Shown here in pieces: positions 7,317 through 15,712 of a stretch of DNA of 33,042 nucleotides. Made by a program: the position numbers and the translations under genes. The notes below the pieces were generated by a model. The model was not told the DNA's origin and searched no databases. It saw only the letters and a list, made by a program, of their open reading frames with translations. How positions within the stretch are numbered: the stretch's first letter is position 1; every line of letters begins with the position of its first letter. Location: contig CANQQN010000001.1 of assembly GCA_947625995.1 (NCBI GenBank), forward strand, positions 1 to 33,042. Reading direction: 5' to 3'. The stretch comes from an uncultured Lachnospiraceae bacterium (GTDB lineage Bacteria; Bacillota; Clostridia; Lachnospirales; Lachnospiraceae).

Positions 7317-9108
7317 AATGATGAATCTCATTTCAAATACAGACAATACCAAGGGTATCATTTCCGGGATCAACGGCCCGGTGGTGTATGTAAAGGGCAA
7401 TACCGGCTTTAAAATCTCCGAAATGGTTTACGTGGGCAAGGAAAGACTTGTGGGGGAGGTCATCAACCTGTCTCAGGAGCAGACCACCCTGCAGGTGTAC
7501 GAGGAAACCACGGGGTTGAAGCCCGGCGACCCGGTGACCGCCACGGGAGACGCCATTTCCGTTACCCTTGGTCCGGGAATCCTGAATAATATCTTCGACG
7601 GCATCGAGCGCCCTCTGGGCGATATCGCCAAAAGCACCGGCGCTTTCATCGGCAGAGGCGTACAGGTGGACGCTCTGGACACCGAGAAAAAATGGAAGGT
7701 GCATATGACAGTGAAAAAGGGGGACTACGTTTCCGGCGGCAGCATTATCGCGGAAGTACAGGAAACTTCTTCCATTGTCCACAAATCCATGGTTCCCCCA
7801 AAAGTGGAAGGTCAGGTGCTGTCCGCGGTCACTGACGGCGATTATACCATCAACGACGTGATCGCGGTGGTTCAGCTTGCAGACGGCACAGAATATCCCC
7901 TGCGTCTTGCCCAAAAATGGCCGATCCGTATTCCCAGACCTGTTTCCAGCCGTTACGCGGCTTCAAAGCCGCTGATCACCGGACAGCGTATCCTTGACAC
8001 GCTGTTCCCCATTGCGAAGGGAGGCACGGCGGCGGTTCCCGGCGGATTCGGCACCGGAAAGACCATGACCCAGCACCAGATCGCAAAATGGGCGGACGCG
8101 GACATCATCGTTTATGTAGGCTGCGGCGAACGGGGCAACGAGATGACGCAGGTGCTGGAGGACTTTTCCAAATTGACGGATCCCCGCACCAAAAAGCCTC
8201 TGATGGACCGCACCACTTTGATCGCAAATACCTCCAACATGCCTGTTGCGGCAAGAGAGGCAAGCATCTACACCGGGATCACCCTTGCGGAATATTACCG
8301 GGACATGGGCTACGACGTGGCCATCATGGCGGATTCCACATCCCGCTGGGCGGAGGCTCTCCGGGAACTGTCCGGACGTCTGGAGGAAATGCCTGCTGAG
8401 GAAGGTTTCCCGGCTTATCTGGCCACCCGTCTGTCCCAATTTTACGAGCGGGCCGGCCATATGAAGAACTTAAACGGCACGGAGGGCAGCGTTTCTATCA
8501 TTGGCGCGGTTTCCCCTCAGGGCGGCGATTTCTCCGAGCCGGTCACACAAAACACCAAGCGTTTCGTCCGCTGCTTCTGGGGCCTTGACAAATCCCTCGC
8601 CTATGCCAGACACTTTCCCGCCATTCACTGGCTTACAAGCTACAGCGAATATCTGCAGGATCTGTCTCCTTGGTATACCAAGAATGTGGCCCACAATTTC
8701 ATCGACTACCGCAATCAGATCATGACGCTTCTCAATCAGGAAAGCAGCCTGATGGAAATTGTGAAGCTCATCGGCAGCGACGTGCTGCCCGACGACCAGA
8801 AGCTGATCCTTGAGATCGCGAAGGTGATCCGCGTAGGATTCCTGCAGCAGAACGCCTTCCATCCGGAGGATACCTGCGTACCGATGGAAAAGCAATACCG
8901 GATGATGGAGGTCATTCTTTACTTATACAGCCGCTCCAAAGCGCTGATCGCTCTGGGTATGCCTATGCGCATCCTGAAAGAATCCGATATTTTTGAGCGG
9001 ATCAGTTCTATCAAATATGACGTGCCCAATGACAAACTTGCCATGTTTGACGATTATCATAAAGAGATCGACGCGTTTTATGACAGCGTCATGGAAAAGA
9101 ACGCCTAA
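7306..9108 (+). CDS. ntpA: V/A-type ATPase catalytic subunit A
   Basis: Walker A GGFGTGKT, the non-homologous-region insert typical of A subunits, and 600 aa. It overlaps the end of ntpE by 11 nt. Confidence 0.97.
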   Translation: MENKMMNLISNTDNTKGIISGINGPVVYVKGNTGFKISEMVYVGKERLVGEVINLSQEQTTLQVYEETTGLKPGDPVTATGDAISVTLGPGILNNIFDGIERPLGDIAKSTGAFIGRGVQVDALDTEKKWKVHMTVKKGDYVSGGSIIAEVQETSSIVHKSMVPPKVEGQVLSAVTDGDYTINDVIAVVQLADGTEYPLRLAQKWPIRIPRPVSSRYAASKPLITGQRILDTLFPIAKGGTAAVPGGFGTGKTMTQHQIAKWADADIIVYVGCGERGNEMTQVLEDFSKLTDPRTKKPLMDRTTLIANTSNMPVAAREASIYTGITLAEYYRDMGYDVAIMADSTSRWAEALRELSGRLEEMPAEEGFPAYLATRLSQFYERAGHMKNLNGTEGSVSIIGAVSPQGGDFSEPVTQNTKRFVRCFWGLDKSLAYARHFPAIHWLTSYSEYLQDLSPWYTKNVAHNFIDYRNQIMTLLNQESSLMEIVKLIGSDVLPDDQKLILEIAKVIRVGFLQQNAFHPEDTCVPMEKQYRMMEVILYLYSRSKALIALGMPMRILKESDIFERISSIKYDVPNDKLAMFDDYHKEIDAFYDSVMEKNA

Positions 9109-9122
9109 AAAGGAGGATTCCC

Positions 9123-10511
9123 ATGTCAATCGAATATTTAGGCCTTAGTGAGATCAACGGCCCCTTGATCGCTCTGGAGGGCGTGCAGGACGCCGCCTAT
9201 GAGGAGATCGTGGAGATCACCGTTGATATGAAAGAAAAAAAGCTGGGCAGAGTCGTTGAAATCTATGAGGATAAAGCGGTAATTCAGGTTTTTGAAGGCT
9301 CCGACAACATGTCCTTAAAAAATACTCACACCCGCTTTACCGGCCGTCCCATGGAGATCGGCCTGTCGGAAGACATGCTCGGCCGAACATTCAACGGCAT
9401 CGGCCAGCCCATCGACGACTTGGGTCCCATCGACACCATCGACAAAAGAAATGTAAACGGAAGCCCTTTAAATCCGGTGGCAAGGGAATATCCCCGCAAT
9501 TATATTCATACGGGTATTTCTGCCATTGACGGGCTGACCACTCTGATCCGCGGGCAGAAGCTGCCCATTTTCTCCGGAAACGGCCTGCCCCACGACCAGC
9601 TTGCGGCCCAGCTTGTACGTCAGGCGTCTCTGGGCGCGGATTCTGACGAACAATTTGCTATTGTGTTTGCCGCTATGGGCGTCAAGCATGATGTTGCGGA
9701 CTATTTTAAACGGACTTTTGAACAGAGCGGCGCTTCCGACCATGTGGTAATGTTCCTGAATCTGGCAAATGATCCGGTGGTAGAACGTCTCATCACACCT
9801 AAGGTCGCCCTGACCACGGCAGAATATTTGGCTTTTGAAAAAAATATGCACATTCTGGTCATCCTGACAGATATGACTTCTTTTGCGGAGGCACTCCGCG
9901 AGGTTTCCTCCTCCAAAGGAGAGATTCCTTCCAGAAAGGGCTATCCCGGTTATCTGTACAGTGAATTTGCCACTCTCTATGAGCGGGCGGGGATCATCCA
10001 CGGTTCTTCCGGTTCCGTAACCCAGATCCCGATCCTGACCATGCCAAACGACGACATCACCCATCCGATCCCTGACCTGACAGCCTACATCACAGAGGGG
10101 CAGATCGTTCTGGACCGCACGCTGAACGGACAGTCCATCTATCCGCCTATCGGCATTCTTCCCTCCCTGTCCCGTCTGATGAAGGACGGTATCGGCGAAG
10201 GCTTTACGAGAAAAGATCATCAGGATCTGGCAAACCAGCTATTCTCCAGTTACGCCAGAGTGGGAGAGGCCAGAGCGCTGGCAAGCGTCATTGGCGAAGA
10301 CGAGCTTTCTGACATTGATAAAATATACCTTACATTTGGAAAGGCTTTTGAGGAACAATATTTAAGACAGAAGGAAACGGAAAACCGCTCTATGGAAGAA
10401 ACACTGGATCTTGGCTGGAAACTGCTGTCCATGCTTCCGAAAGAAGAGCTTGACCGGGTAAATACAACGATTCTGGAGGAATTTTATCATCCTTCCGAAG
10501 AAAAAAATTAA
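9123..10511 (+). CDS. ntpB: V/A-type ATPase subunit B
   Basis: 462 aa of clearly B-subunit-like sequence ([20 protein letters not shown], degenerate P-loop). AAGGAGG RBS. Confidence 0.97.
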   Translation: MSIEYLGLSEINGPLIALEGVQDAAYEEIVEITVDMKEKKLGRVVEIYEDKAVIQVFEGSDNMSLKNTHTRFTGRPMEIGLSEDMLGRTFNGIGQPIDDLGPIDTIDKRNVNGSPLNPVAREYPRNYIHTGISAIDGLTTLIRGQKLPIFSGNGLPHDQLAAQLVRQASLGADSDEQFAIVFAAMGVKHDVADYFKRTFEQSGASDHVVMFLNLANDPVVERLITPKVALTTAEYLAFEKNMHILVILTDMTSFAEALREVSSSKGEIPSRKGYPGYLYSEFATLYERAGIIHGSSGSVTQIPILTMPNDDITHPIPDLTAYITEGQIVLDRTLNGQSIYPPIGILPSLSRLMKDGIGEGFTRKDHQDLANQLFSSYARVGEARALASVIGEDELSDIDKIYLTFGKAFEEQYLRQKETENRSMEETLDLGWKLLSMLPKEELDRVNTTILEEFYHPSEEKN

Positions 10512-10556
10512 GCTGATATCCGGAATTGATCAATATCTGACCCGGGAGGTGACTTT

Positions 10557-11192
10557 ATGGATCCCAATACATTTCCCACAAAGGGAAATCTGATCCTTGC
10601 AAAAAATTCTCTCGCCCTTGCAAGTCAGGGCTACGAGCTAATGGACAAAAAACGGAATATCCTGATCCGGGAACTGATGAACCTGATCGAAGAGGCAAAA
10701 AACATTCAATCAGAGATCGATACCACGTTTTCTGAAGCCTATGAGGCCCTGCAGAGCGCAAATATCCGTATGGGGATCTACAAGGTGCAGGCCATTGCCG
10801 CCAGTATCCCTGAGGATGACTCCATTGCCATAAAAACAAGAAGCATTATGGGAACAGAGATCCCCCTCGTACAGTATGAACCGGCCGGGGGACCACCGCT
10901 GCCCTATTCCTTTTATGACACCAGCCCCGCTCTGGACCGGGCCTATGGCTGCTTTGAAAAAGTAAAGCAGCTTTGCCTGAAGCTCTCCATGGTGGAAAAT
11001 TCCGCCTACAGGCTTGCCACAAGCATCAGCAAGACCCAGAAACGGGCCAATGCCCTGAAAAACATTACCATACCTCATTATCAGGAGTTGTCCAAAACCA
11101 TCGCAGAGGCGTTGGAGGAAAAAGAACGGGAGGAATTTACCCGTCTGAAGGTCATCAAACGACAGCACACGGCAAAAAAGGATGGATCATAA
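10557..11192 (+). CDS. ntpD: V/A-type ATPase central-stalk subunit D
   Basis: 211 aa with the N-terminus PTKGNLILAKNSLALASQGYELMDKKRNILIRE, characteristic of D subunits. Confidence 0.9.
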   Translation: MDPNTFPTKGNLILAKNSLALASQGYELMDKKRNILIRELMNLIEEAKNIQSEIDTTFSEAYEALQSANIRMGIYKVQAIAASIPEDDSIAIKTRSIMGTEIPLVQYEPAGGPPLPYSFYDTSPALDRAYGCFEKVKQLCLKLSMVENSAYRLATSISKTQKRANALKNITIPHYQELSKTIAEALEEKEREEFTRLKVIKRQHTAKKDGS

Positions 11193-11195
11193 CCT

Positions 11196-12164
11196 ATGGA
11201 TTATATTGTCTTGGATCTGGAGTGGAACCAATGTCCTGTAGGAAAAAAGGAAGGCGTTCCCTCCCTTCCTTTTGAGATCATCGAAATCGGCGCCATAAAG
11301 CTGAATGAAAAAAAGGAGATCACCGACCGGTTTCATCGGCTGATCTCTCCACAGGTCTACACGGAACTGCATTACCAGATAAAAAAGGTGATACACAAAA
11401 CCATAAAAGACTTTGACCGCGGCGTTTCCTTTTCCGAAGCGGTCACTTCTTTTTTAGAATGGTGCGGCGACGATTACCGGTTCTGCACTTGGAGCGGCGG
11501 CGATCTCACGGAGCTGCAGCGCAATATGAAATACTACCGGATACCGATCCCTTTTCCCCGTCCCCTTATTTATTACGACGTGCAGAAGCTTTTTGGGATC
11601 GCTTTTGAGAGCAGGAAGATCGCCCGCAATCTGGAATATGCGGTAAATCATCTCTCCATCGTGAAGGACAACCCTTTTCACGGCGCTTATTACGATGCCC
11701 TCTACACAGCAAAGGTCCTGCAGAAAATAGAAACCTCGCTGATCCGCAGCAATTATTCCATTGACTGTTTCATACCGCCTCAGACCCGCAAAGAGGAAAT
11801 ATACGCGGTATTTGAAACCTATTCCAAATATATTTCCCGGGTATTTGACAGCAAAGAAAAGATCATGAGTGATAAAGAGGTTACCAGCACCCGCTGCTAT
11901 CTGTGTGGCAAACCTGCAAAGAAAAAGATCAGATGGTTCAGCAGCAACAACAAGCATTATTTTTGCCAGTGTCTTTGCGAACATCACGGCTGGATGAAGG
12001 GAAAAATTCTGATCAAGACCGCAGAGGGCGGAAAATCTTACGCCGTAAAGATCCTGAAGCTGGTACCCTTTGAAGAAGCCTTAAAAATTAAAGAAAAACA
12101 GGAAGAACTGCGGCAGAAAAGAAAACGGAAACGGCTGCGGCAGTCTCTTGCCGCGGAAAAATAA
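11196..12164 (+). CDS. DEDDh 3'-5' exonuclease domain protein (KapD/ERI-1-like) with a C-terminal Cys/His zinc-ribbon-like region and a basic tail
   Basis: Exo I is DLEWN, Exo II is WSGGDLTEL, and Exo III is HGAYYDALY (H-x4-D). The C-terminus carries CYLCG...CQCLCEHH followed by KRKRKRLR. The ATG lies 4 nt after the ntpD stop. Confidence 0.75.
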   Translation: MDYIVLDLEWNQCPVGKKEGVPSLPFEIIEIGAIKLNEKKEITDRFHRLISPQVYTELHYQIKKVIHKTIKDFDRGVSFSEAVTSFLEWCGDDYRFCTWSGGDLTELQRNMKYYRIPIPFPRPLIYYDVQKLFGIAFESRKIARNLEYAVNHLSIVKDNPFHGAYYDALYTAKVLQKIETSLIRSNYSIDCFIPPQTRKEEIYAVFETYSKYISRVFDSKEKIMSDKEVTSTRCYLCGKPAKKKIRWFSSNNKHYFCQCLCEHHGWMKGKILIKTAEGGKSYAVKILKLVPFEEALKIKEKQEELRQKRKRKRLRQSLAAEK

Positions 12165-12204
12165 ATTTTTTAACAAATACTTTGCTAAAAAATTAAAGAG
12201 TGTG

Positions 12205-12234
12205 TAGACAAAAGACTGCAATATATGATAATAT
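12205..12234 (+). promoter_or_regulatory. Candidate promoter (TAGACA-18-TAATAT with a TG extended -10)
   Basis: TAGACA at 12205-12210 and TGATAATAT at 12226-12234, in the intergenic region upstream of the recombinase-like gene. Confidence 0.4.
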
Positions 12235-12280
12235 ATATATAGTATATTGATGATTCACATTGATAATATTTATCGACTAT

Positions 12281-12312
12281 GCCCTTGAGGGGCTTTTCCC
12301 TCACTATTTTTT
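12281..12312 (+). terminator. Terminator-like or attenuator hairpin with two mutually exclusive foldings, followed by a T-run
   Basis: GCCC/GGGC (12281-12293) is followed by TTTT, or TGAGGG/CCCTCA (12286-12303) is followed by CTATTTTTT. It may terminate the exonuclease/ATPase transcript, attenuate the 12205 promoter, or both. Confidence 0.4.
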
Positions 12313-12330
12313 AAAAAGGTAGTTTAGATT

Positions 12331-12472
12331 GAAAAATCACGCTGATGCGTTGATTTTTCACAATGGGATTTGTAAAGAACCGGAGGTTCTTATGGGAGCG
12401 TTTCCAAATCCCATTGATGGCAGATGAGAAACTGCATCCGCAGTTTTCATCGTCTCGTCGCGCAAACGCTCC
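12331..12472 (+). ncRNA. Structured 5' leader or cis-regulatory RNA candidate: three consecutive strong hairpins plus a long-range 9-nt pairing next to the SD
   Basis: H1 (12331-12359) is a 12-bp stem with a TGAT loop. H2 has an 11-bp closing stem (12361-12371 / 12406-12416) around an inner 6-7-bp hairpin at 12375-12391. H3 (12423-12451) is a 12-bp stem with one bulge and an ATCC loop. GGAGCGTTT (12395-12403) is complementary to AAACGCTCC (12464-12472), 6 nt before the GGAGG SD. Confidence 0.5.
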
Positions 12473-12488
12473 GGAATGGAGGATTTTT

Positions 12489-13238
12489 ATGAATTGGGTA
12501 GCGCCTATCAAAGATGAAAAAACATTGCAGGAATTTAAGGATCGTCTGAAACAGATCGATCAGAAATATTATATTATGTTTGAGATCGGTGTGGGTACGG
12601 GCATGCAGCTTCAGGATATCCTGAAATTAAAGGTTAAAGATATTCTGGACAAAAAAGAGTTGACGGTCACCATCGGCACAAAGGGCATGAAGACCACATT
12701 TAAGATCCCCAAAGACCTTCAGGATCTTATCAAAGAATTTACAAAAGGAAAGCCTGCGGATTCTTATGTAATCACCGGATTTACCGGCTCCAACACACCG
12801 CTTTCCAGAGAACAGGTTTATCGTGTATACCGGACGGCAGGCAAGGACGTGGGCTTAAGCTCTATCGGCGCCCAGACCATGAGAAAGACCTTCGCGTGGA
12901 AATACTATAAAGAGACCGGAGATATTTATTATCTTCAGAATCTGTTTAATCACGCGTCCCCTTCCATCACCTACCGTTACATCGGCGAAAAACCCAATGT
13001 ATCTATCGTGTTCAAGAAGATGACTGCCAGCGAAAATGAGCGCTGCCGCCGCATCCTCTACAAGGATAACAACGGCAAAAACCGGATTCACGCCATTGTG
13101 GAAGTCTTGAACAACATAACTATGGAGATTGACAATCCTGCAAACAGCGATGCTTTTTATGGCAGAGTTGATACATTATTAAATGAATTGGAAGAACTCA
13201 TTCAAAATTACAGCAGCGAGCAGAATGGGAACGATTGA
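12489..13238 (+). CDS. Small tyrosine-recombinase-like protein with apparent active-site substitutions and a ~70-aa C-terminal extension
   Basis: Box I-like GVGTGMQLQDILKLKVKDI, box II-like GAQTMRKTFAWKYY and LFNHASPSITYRYIG. I chose the start at ATG 12489 (GGAGG 6 nt upstream). The 42 upstream codons of the track ORF overlap the hairpins and are rejected. Confidence 0.7.
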   Translation: MNWVAPIKDEKTLQEFKDRLKQIDQKYYIMFEIGVGTGMQLQDILKLKVKDILDKKELTVTIGTKGMKTTFKIPKDLQDLIKEFTKGKPADSYVITGFTGSNTPLSREQVYRVYRTAGKDVGLSSIGAQTMRKTFAWKYYKETGDIYYLQNLFNHASPSITYRYIGEKPNVSIVFKKMTASENERCRRILYKDNNGKNRIHAIVEVLNNITMEIDNPANSDAFYGRVDTLLNELEELIQNYSSEQNGND

Positions 13239-13261
13239 TTTTTTCATACTATTTCCAAAAC

Positions 13262-13297
13262 AAAAAGGGCATTTCACATCAGTGAAATGTCCTTTTT
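13262..13297. terminator. Bidirectional rho-independent terminator between the recombinase-like gene and tRNA-Ser
   Basis: AAAAA-GGGCATTTCAC-atca-GTGAAATGtCC-TTTTT, a 10-bp stem with one bulge. The A-run and T-run give a U-tract on both strands. Confidence 0.7.
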
Positions 13298-13305
13298 GAC
13301 TGTTA

Positions 13306-13393
13306 CGGAGAAGGAGGGATTTGAACCCTCGCGCCGCGCAAACGACCTACACCCTTAGCAGGGGCGCCTCTTCAGCCACTTGAGTACTTCTCC
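13306..13393 (-). tRNA. tRNA-Ser (anticodon GCT), class II with a long variable arm
   Basis: The reverse complement reads GGAGAAGTACTCAAGTGGCTGAAGAGGCGCCCCTGCTAAGGGTGTAGGTCGTTTGCGCGGCGCGAGGGTTCAAATCCCTCCTTCTCCG. The anticodon loop is CTGCTAA. Confidence 0.9.
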
Positions 13394-13489
13394 AGAACCT
13401 GAAATCGAAACAATCTTATGAAATTGTCTCTGCGCTTTCCGGCTTTTTAGATACCGTAAAACAGTATCCCTCTCGCCGACGCAAAATTT

Positions 13490-13518
13490 ATTATACTAAA
13501 ACACAGGTTATTTGTCAA
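13490..13518 (-). promoter_or_regulatory. Perfect-consensus promoter (TTGACA-17-TATAAT) driving tRNA-Ser with a ~90-nt leader
   Basis: On the minus strand, TTGACA (13518-13513), a 17-nt spacer, then TATAAT (13495-13490). Confidence 0.6.
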
Positions 13519-13547
13519 TGGTTAATTTGCCCCCGTGAAAAGCTTTT

Positions 13548-14267
13548 TCACGCCGCGTTTTGCTGTAATTCCGCAATTTTCGATACGATCCGGCCTTTCA
13601 CCATTTCAGCGATCTCCGTAGTGGTCATATCCTTGTATTCCTCATAACAGACAGGCTCCAGATAACAGATCTTCATGGTGACTTTTGATATGGTATTGGA
13701 ATCAAAAGGCTTGAAGGAATCCACCAAGGCAACGGGCACGATAGGACATTTTGATTTGGTGGCGCTTTTAAAGCTGCCTCCTTTAAAATCTCCTACCTGA
13801 TTGCCGTTCTTGGAACGGGTACCCTCCGGAAAAATCACAAAATTGCGGCCCATAGATACCTGCCTGATCACTTCAAGGATCACCTTCATGGATTGGCGCA
13901 CGTCCTCCCTGTCAATTGGAAGCGCGCCCATGACCCGAAACACCCATCTTAAAAAAGGAATGTTTGTCAGTTCTTTTTTTATCACAACGGAAATGGGATG
14001 ATCCAGCGTATCGATAATGGCAAGGACGTCGTACATGCCCTGATGGTTTGGAAACAGGATAAATCCGTCATCCTTAGGGATATTCTCCGTCCCGTAGCTT
14101 TCAATGACCACATTGCCGCCTTTGTTGGCGTGCTTCACAATATTTTTCAGATGCATGTATTTCTGCCACTCTGTAGCTTTTTTTGATTTTGCGTAATAAA
14201 CCATTTTGATAAAATAAACGGGAAACAAAAAAATGTTCCTGAAGATCATCAAGTATATTCTTTTCAT
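13548..14267 (-). CDS. plsC: 1-acyl-sn-glycerol-3-phosphate acyltransferase
   Basis: HX4D acyltransferase motif (FPNHQGMYD) and the FPEGTRS block, with an N-terminal TM helix. 239 aa. Confidence 0.85.
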   Translation of the reverse strand: MKRIYLMIFRNIFLFPVYFIKMVYYAKSKKATEWQKYMHLKNIVKHANKGGNVVIESYGTENIPKDDGFILFPNHQGMYDVLAIIDTLDHPISVVIKKELTNIPFLRWVFRVMGALPIDREDVRQSMKVILEVIRQVSMGRNFVIFPEGTRSKNGNQVGDFKGGSFKSATKSKCPIVPVALVDSFKPFDSNTISKVTMKICYLEPVCYEEYKDMTTTEIAEMVKGRIVSKIAELQQNAA

Positions 14268-14270
14268 AAC

Positions 14271-14846
14271 TTATTTTACTCCCCATTCCGGAGCGGTCCG
14301 ATATTGCAGAACAGCCGTTTCGTAAAGATCATTTCCTTTTGTGTCCGCCACCACGATCACCGGAAAATCTTTGATCTCCAGTTTTCTGACAGCCTCCGTG
14401 CCAAGATCCTCGTACGCCACCACCTCTGATGAAAGAATACATTGAGACAAAAGGGCGCCTGCGCCTCCCACGGCGGCAAAATAAACGCCTTTGTTTCTTA
14501 CTATGGCATCTTTCACTTCCACTGACCGTTTTCCTTTTCCGATCATACCTTTCAATCCAAGATCCATAAGCTTGGGCGCATATTTGTCCATGCGGCTTGC
14601 GGTGGTAGGTCCGGCGGAACCGATGGGACGTCCCTCTCTGGCAGGAGAAGGTCCCATATAGTAGATCACATTTCCTTCAAGGGGAAAAGGAAGCGCATCT
14701 CCTTTCTGCAGCGCTTCGCTCATACGCTTGTGTGCCGCGTCTCTGGCGGTGTAGACGGTTCCCGTCAGATAAACATAATCGCCGGCAGTCAGCTTCTCTG
14801 TATCGCCTTCCAAAAAAGGCACCTGTATATGTCGGTCCATTCTCAT
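14271..14846 (-). CDS. Class I (Fe-S) fumarate hydratase / tartrate dehydratase family, beta subunit
   Basis: 191 aa with the GTVYTARDAAHKR, GPTTASRMD and AVGGAGAL blocks typical of the Fe-S hydro-lyase C-terminal domain. It follows the alpha subunit. Fumarate versus tartrate specificity cannot be decided from sequence. Confidence 0.8.
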   Translation of the reverse strand: MRMDRHIQVPFLEGDTEKLTAGDYVYLTGTVYTARDAAHKRMSEALQKGDALPFPLEGNVIYYMGPSPAREGRPIGSAGPTTASRMDKYAPKLMDLGLKGMIGKGKRSVEVKDAIVRNKGVYFAAVGGAGALLSQCILSSEVVAYEDLGTEAVRKLEIKDFPVIVVADTKGNDLYETAVLQYRTAPEWGVK

Positions 14847-14865
14847 CCCTCTTTATAGCTTCAGA

Positions 14866-15708
14866 TCACAGTACTTTCGTCATATGACGGTTTACATGGC
14901 AACAAATATTGACCGCTACGGGAAGTCCGGCAATATGGGTGGGATAGGTATTGATATTGACTGCAAAAGCAGTAGTGGTACCCCCAAGGCCGGCGGGACC
15001 GATGCCTGTGGCATTGATCTTTGCAAGCAGTTCTTCTTCCAGATCCCTTACATAAGGAATCTGGGACCGCTCTCCCGCTTTTCTTGTCAGCGCCTTCTTT
15101 GCCAACAGGGCGCATTTTTCAAAGGTGCCGCCGATACCCACACCGATCACCATAGGAGGACAGGCGTTTGGTCCCGCGTTCTCTACAGCCGTAAGGACCG
15201 CGTTTTTCACGCCCTCAATGCCGTCCGCCGGTTTAAGCATAAATATCCTGCTCATATTTTCACTGCCGAATCCTTTCGGCGCAAGGGTGATAGATACCTT
15301 GTCCCCTTCCGTGATCTCATAATGGATCACGGCCGGTGTATTATCTTTGGTATTTTCACGAAGGATCGGGTCTGAAACCACAGATTTTCTCAGATATCCG
15401 TTGGTATACCCTCTTCTGACGCCTTCATGGATGCTCTGTTCTAAAGAACCGCCTGTAAAATGAACCTCCTGACCGATCTCCATAAAGATCACCGCCATGC
15501 CTGTATCCTGACAGATAGGAATCATCTCTTTTTGAGCAATCTTCATATTCTCTCTTAACTGATCCAGAATCTGGCGGCCCAGAGGAGATTTTTCAGTTTC
15601 TACAGAATGGTCGAAGGCTTCTCTCATATCTTCAGAAAGCGAATGATTTGCTTCTATACATAATTTCTCAATAACCTGAGAAACGGTCTCAACAGAAATT
15701 TCCCTCAT
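14866..15708 (-). CDS. Class I (Fe-S) fumarate hydratase / tartrate dehydratase family, alpha subunit
   Basis: The CQDTGMAV and GIGGT blocks of the Fe-S hydro-lyase N-terminal domain. I prefer the start at ATG 15708, 4 nt after the gyrA stop. The track start at 15744 would overlap gyrA by 32 nt and has no spaced RBS. Confidence 0.8.
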   Translation of the reverse strand: MREISVETVSQVIEKLCIEANHSLSEDMREAFDHSVETEKSPLGRQILDQLRENMKIAQKEMIPICQDTGMAVIFMEIGQEVHFTGGSLEQSIHEGVRRGYTNGYLRKSVVSDPILRENTKDNTPAVIHYEITEGDKVSITLAPKGFGSENMSRIFMLKPADGIEGVKNAVLTAVENAGPNACPPMVIGVGIGGTFEKCALLAKKALTRKAGERSQIPYVRDLEEELLAKINATGIGPAGLGGTTTAFAVNINTYPTHIAGLPVAVNICCHVNRHMTKVL

Positions 15709-15712
15709 GTTT

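Noticed and set aside
9468-10220. A 250-aa minus-strand ORF antisense to ntpB. Similar long antisense ORFs lie at 7333-7914, 7963-8460, 17525-18286 and 29520-30191
   Set aside because: All lie opposite highly conserved genes (ntpA/B, gyrA, mnmG) and have Arg/Gly-rich shadow-frame composition. They are typical antisense artefacts in moderately GC-rich coding DNA.
12363-12488. The N-terminal 42 codons of the track ORF 12363-13238
   Set aside because: This part coincides exactly with hairpins H2 and H3 and lacks an RBS. The ATG at 12489 has a well-spaced GGAGG and matches the conserved N-terminus (PIKD...) of small integrase-family proteins.
11196-13393. A classical integrated mobile element (prophage or ICE) at tRNA-Ser
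   Set aside because: I saw no direct repeat of the tRNA-Ser 3' end in the window, and no excisionase, replication, transfer or structural genes. The recombinase-like protein appears to have catalytic-site substitutions. I therefore report it only as a possible remnant or domesticated module.
13533-13552. The hairpin CGTGAAAA-gct-TTTTCACG overlapping the plsC stop codon, considered as a terminator
   Set aside because: No U-tract follows on the minus (plsC) strand, and the stem is AT-rich and short. The evidence is insufficient to call a terminator.
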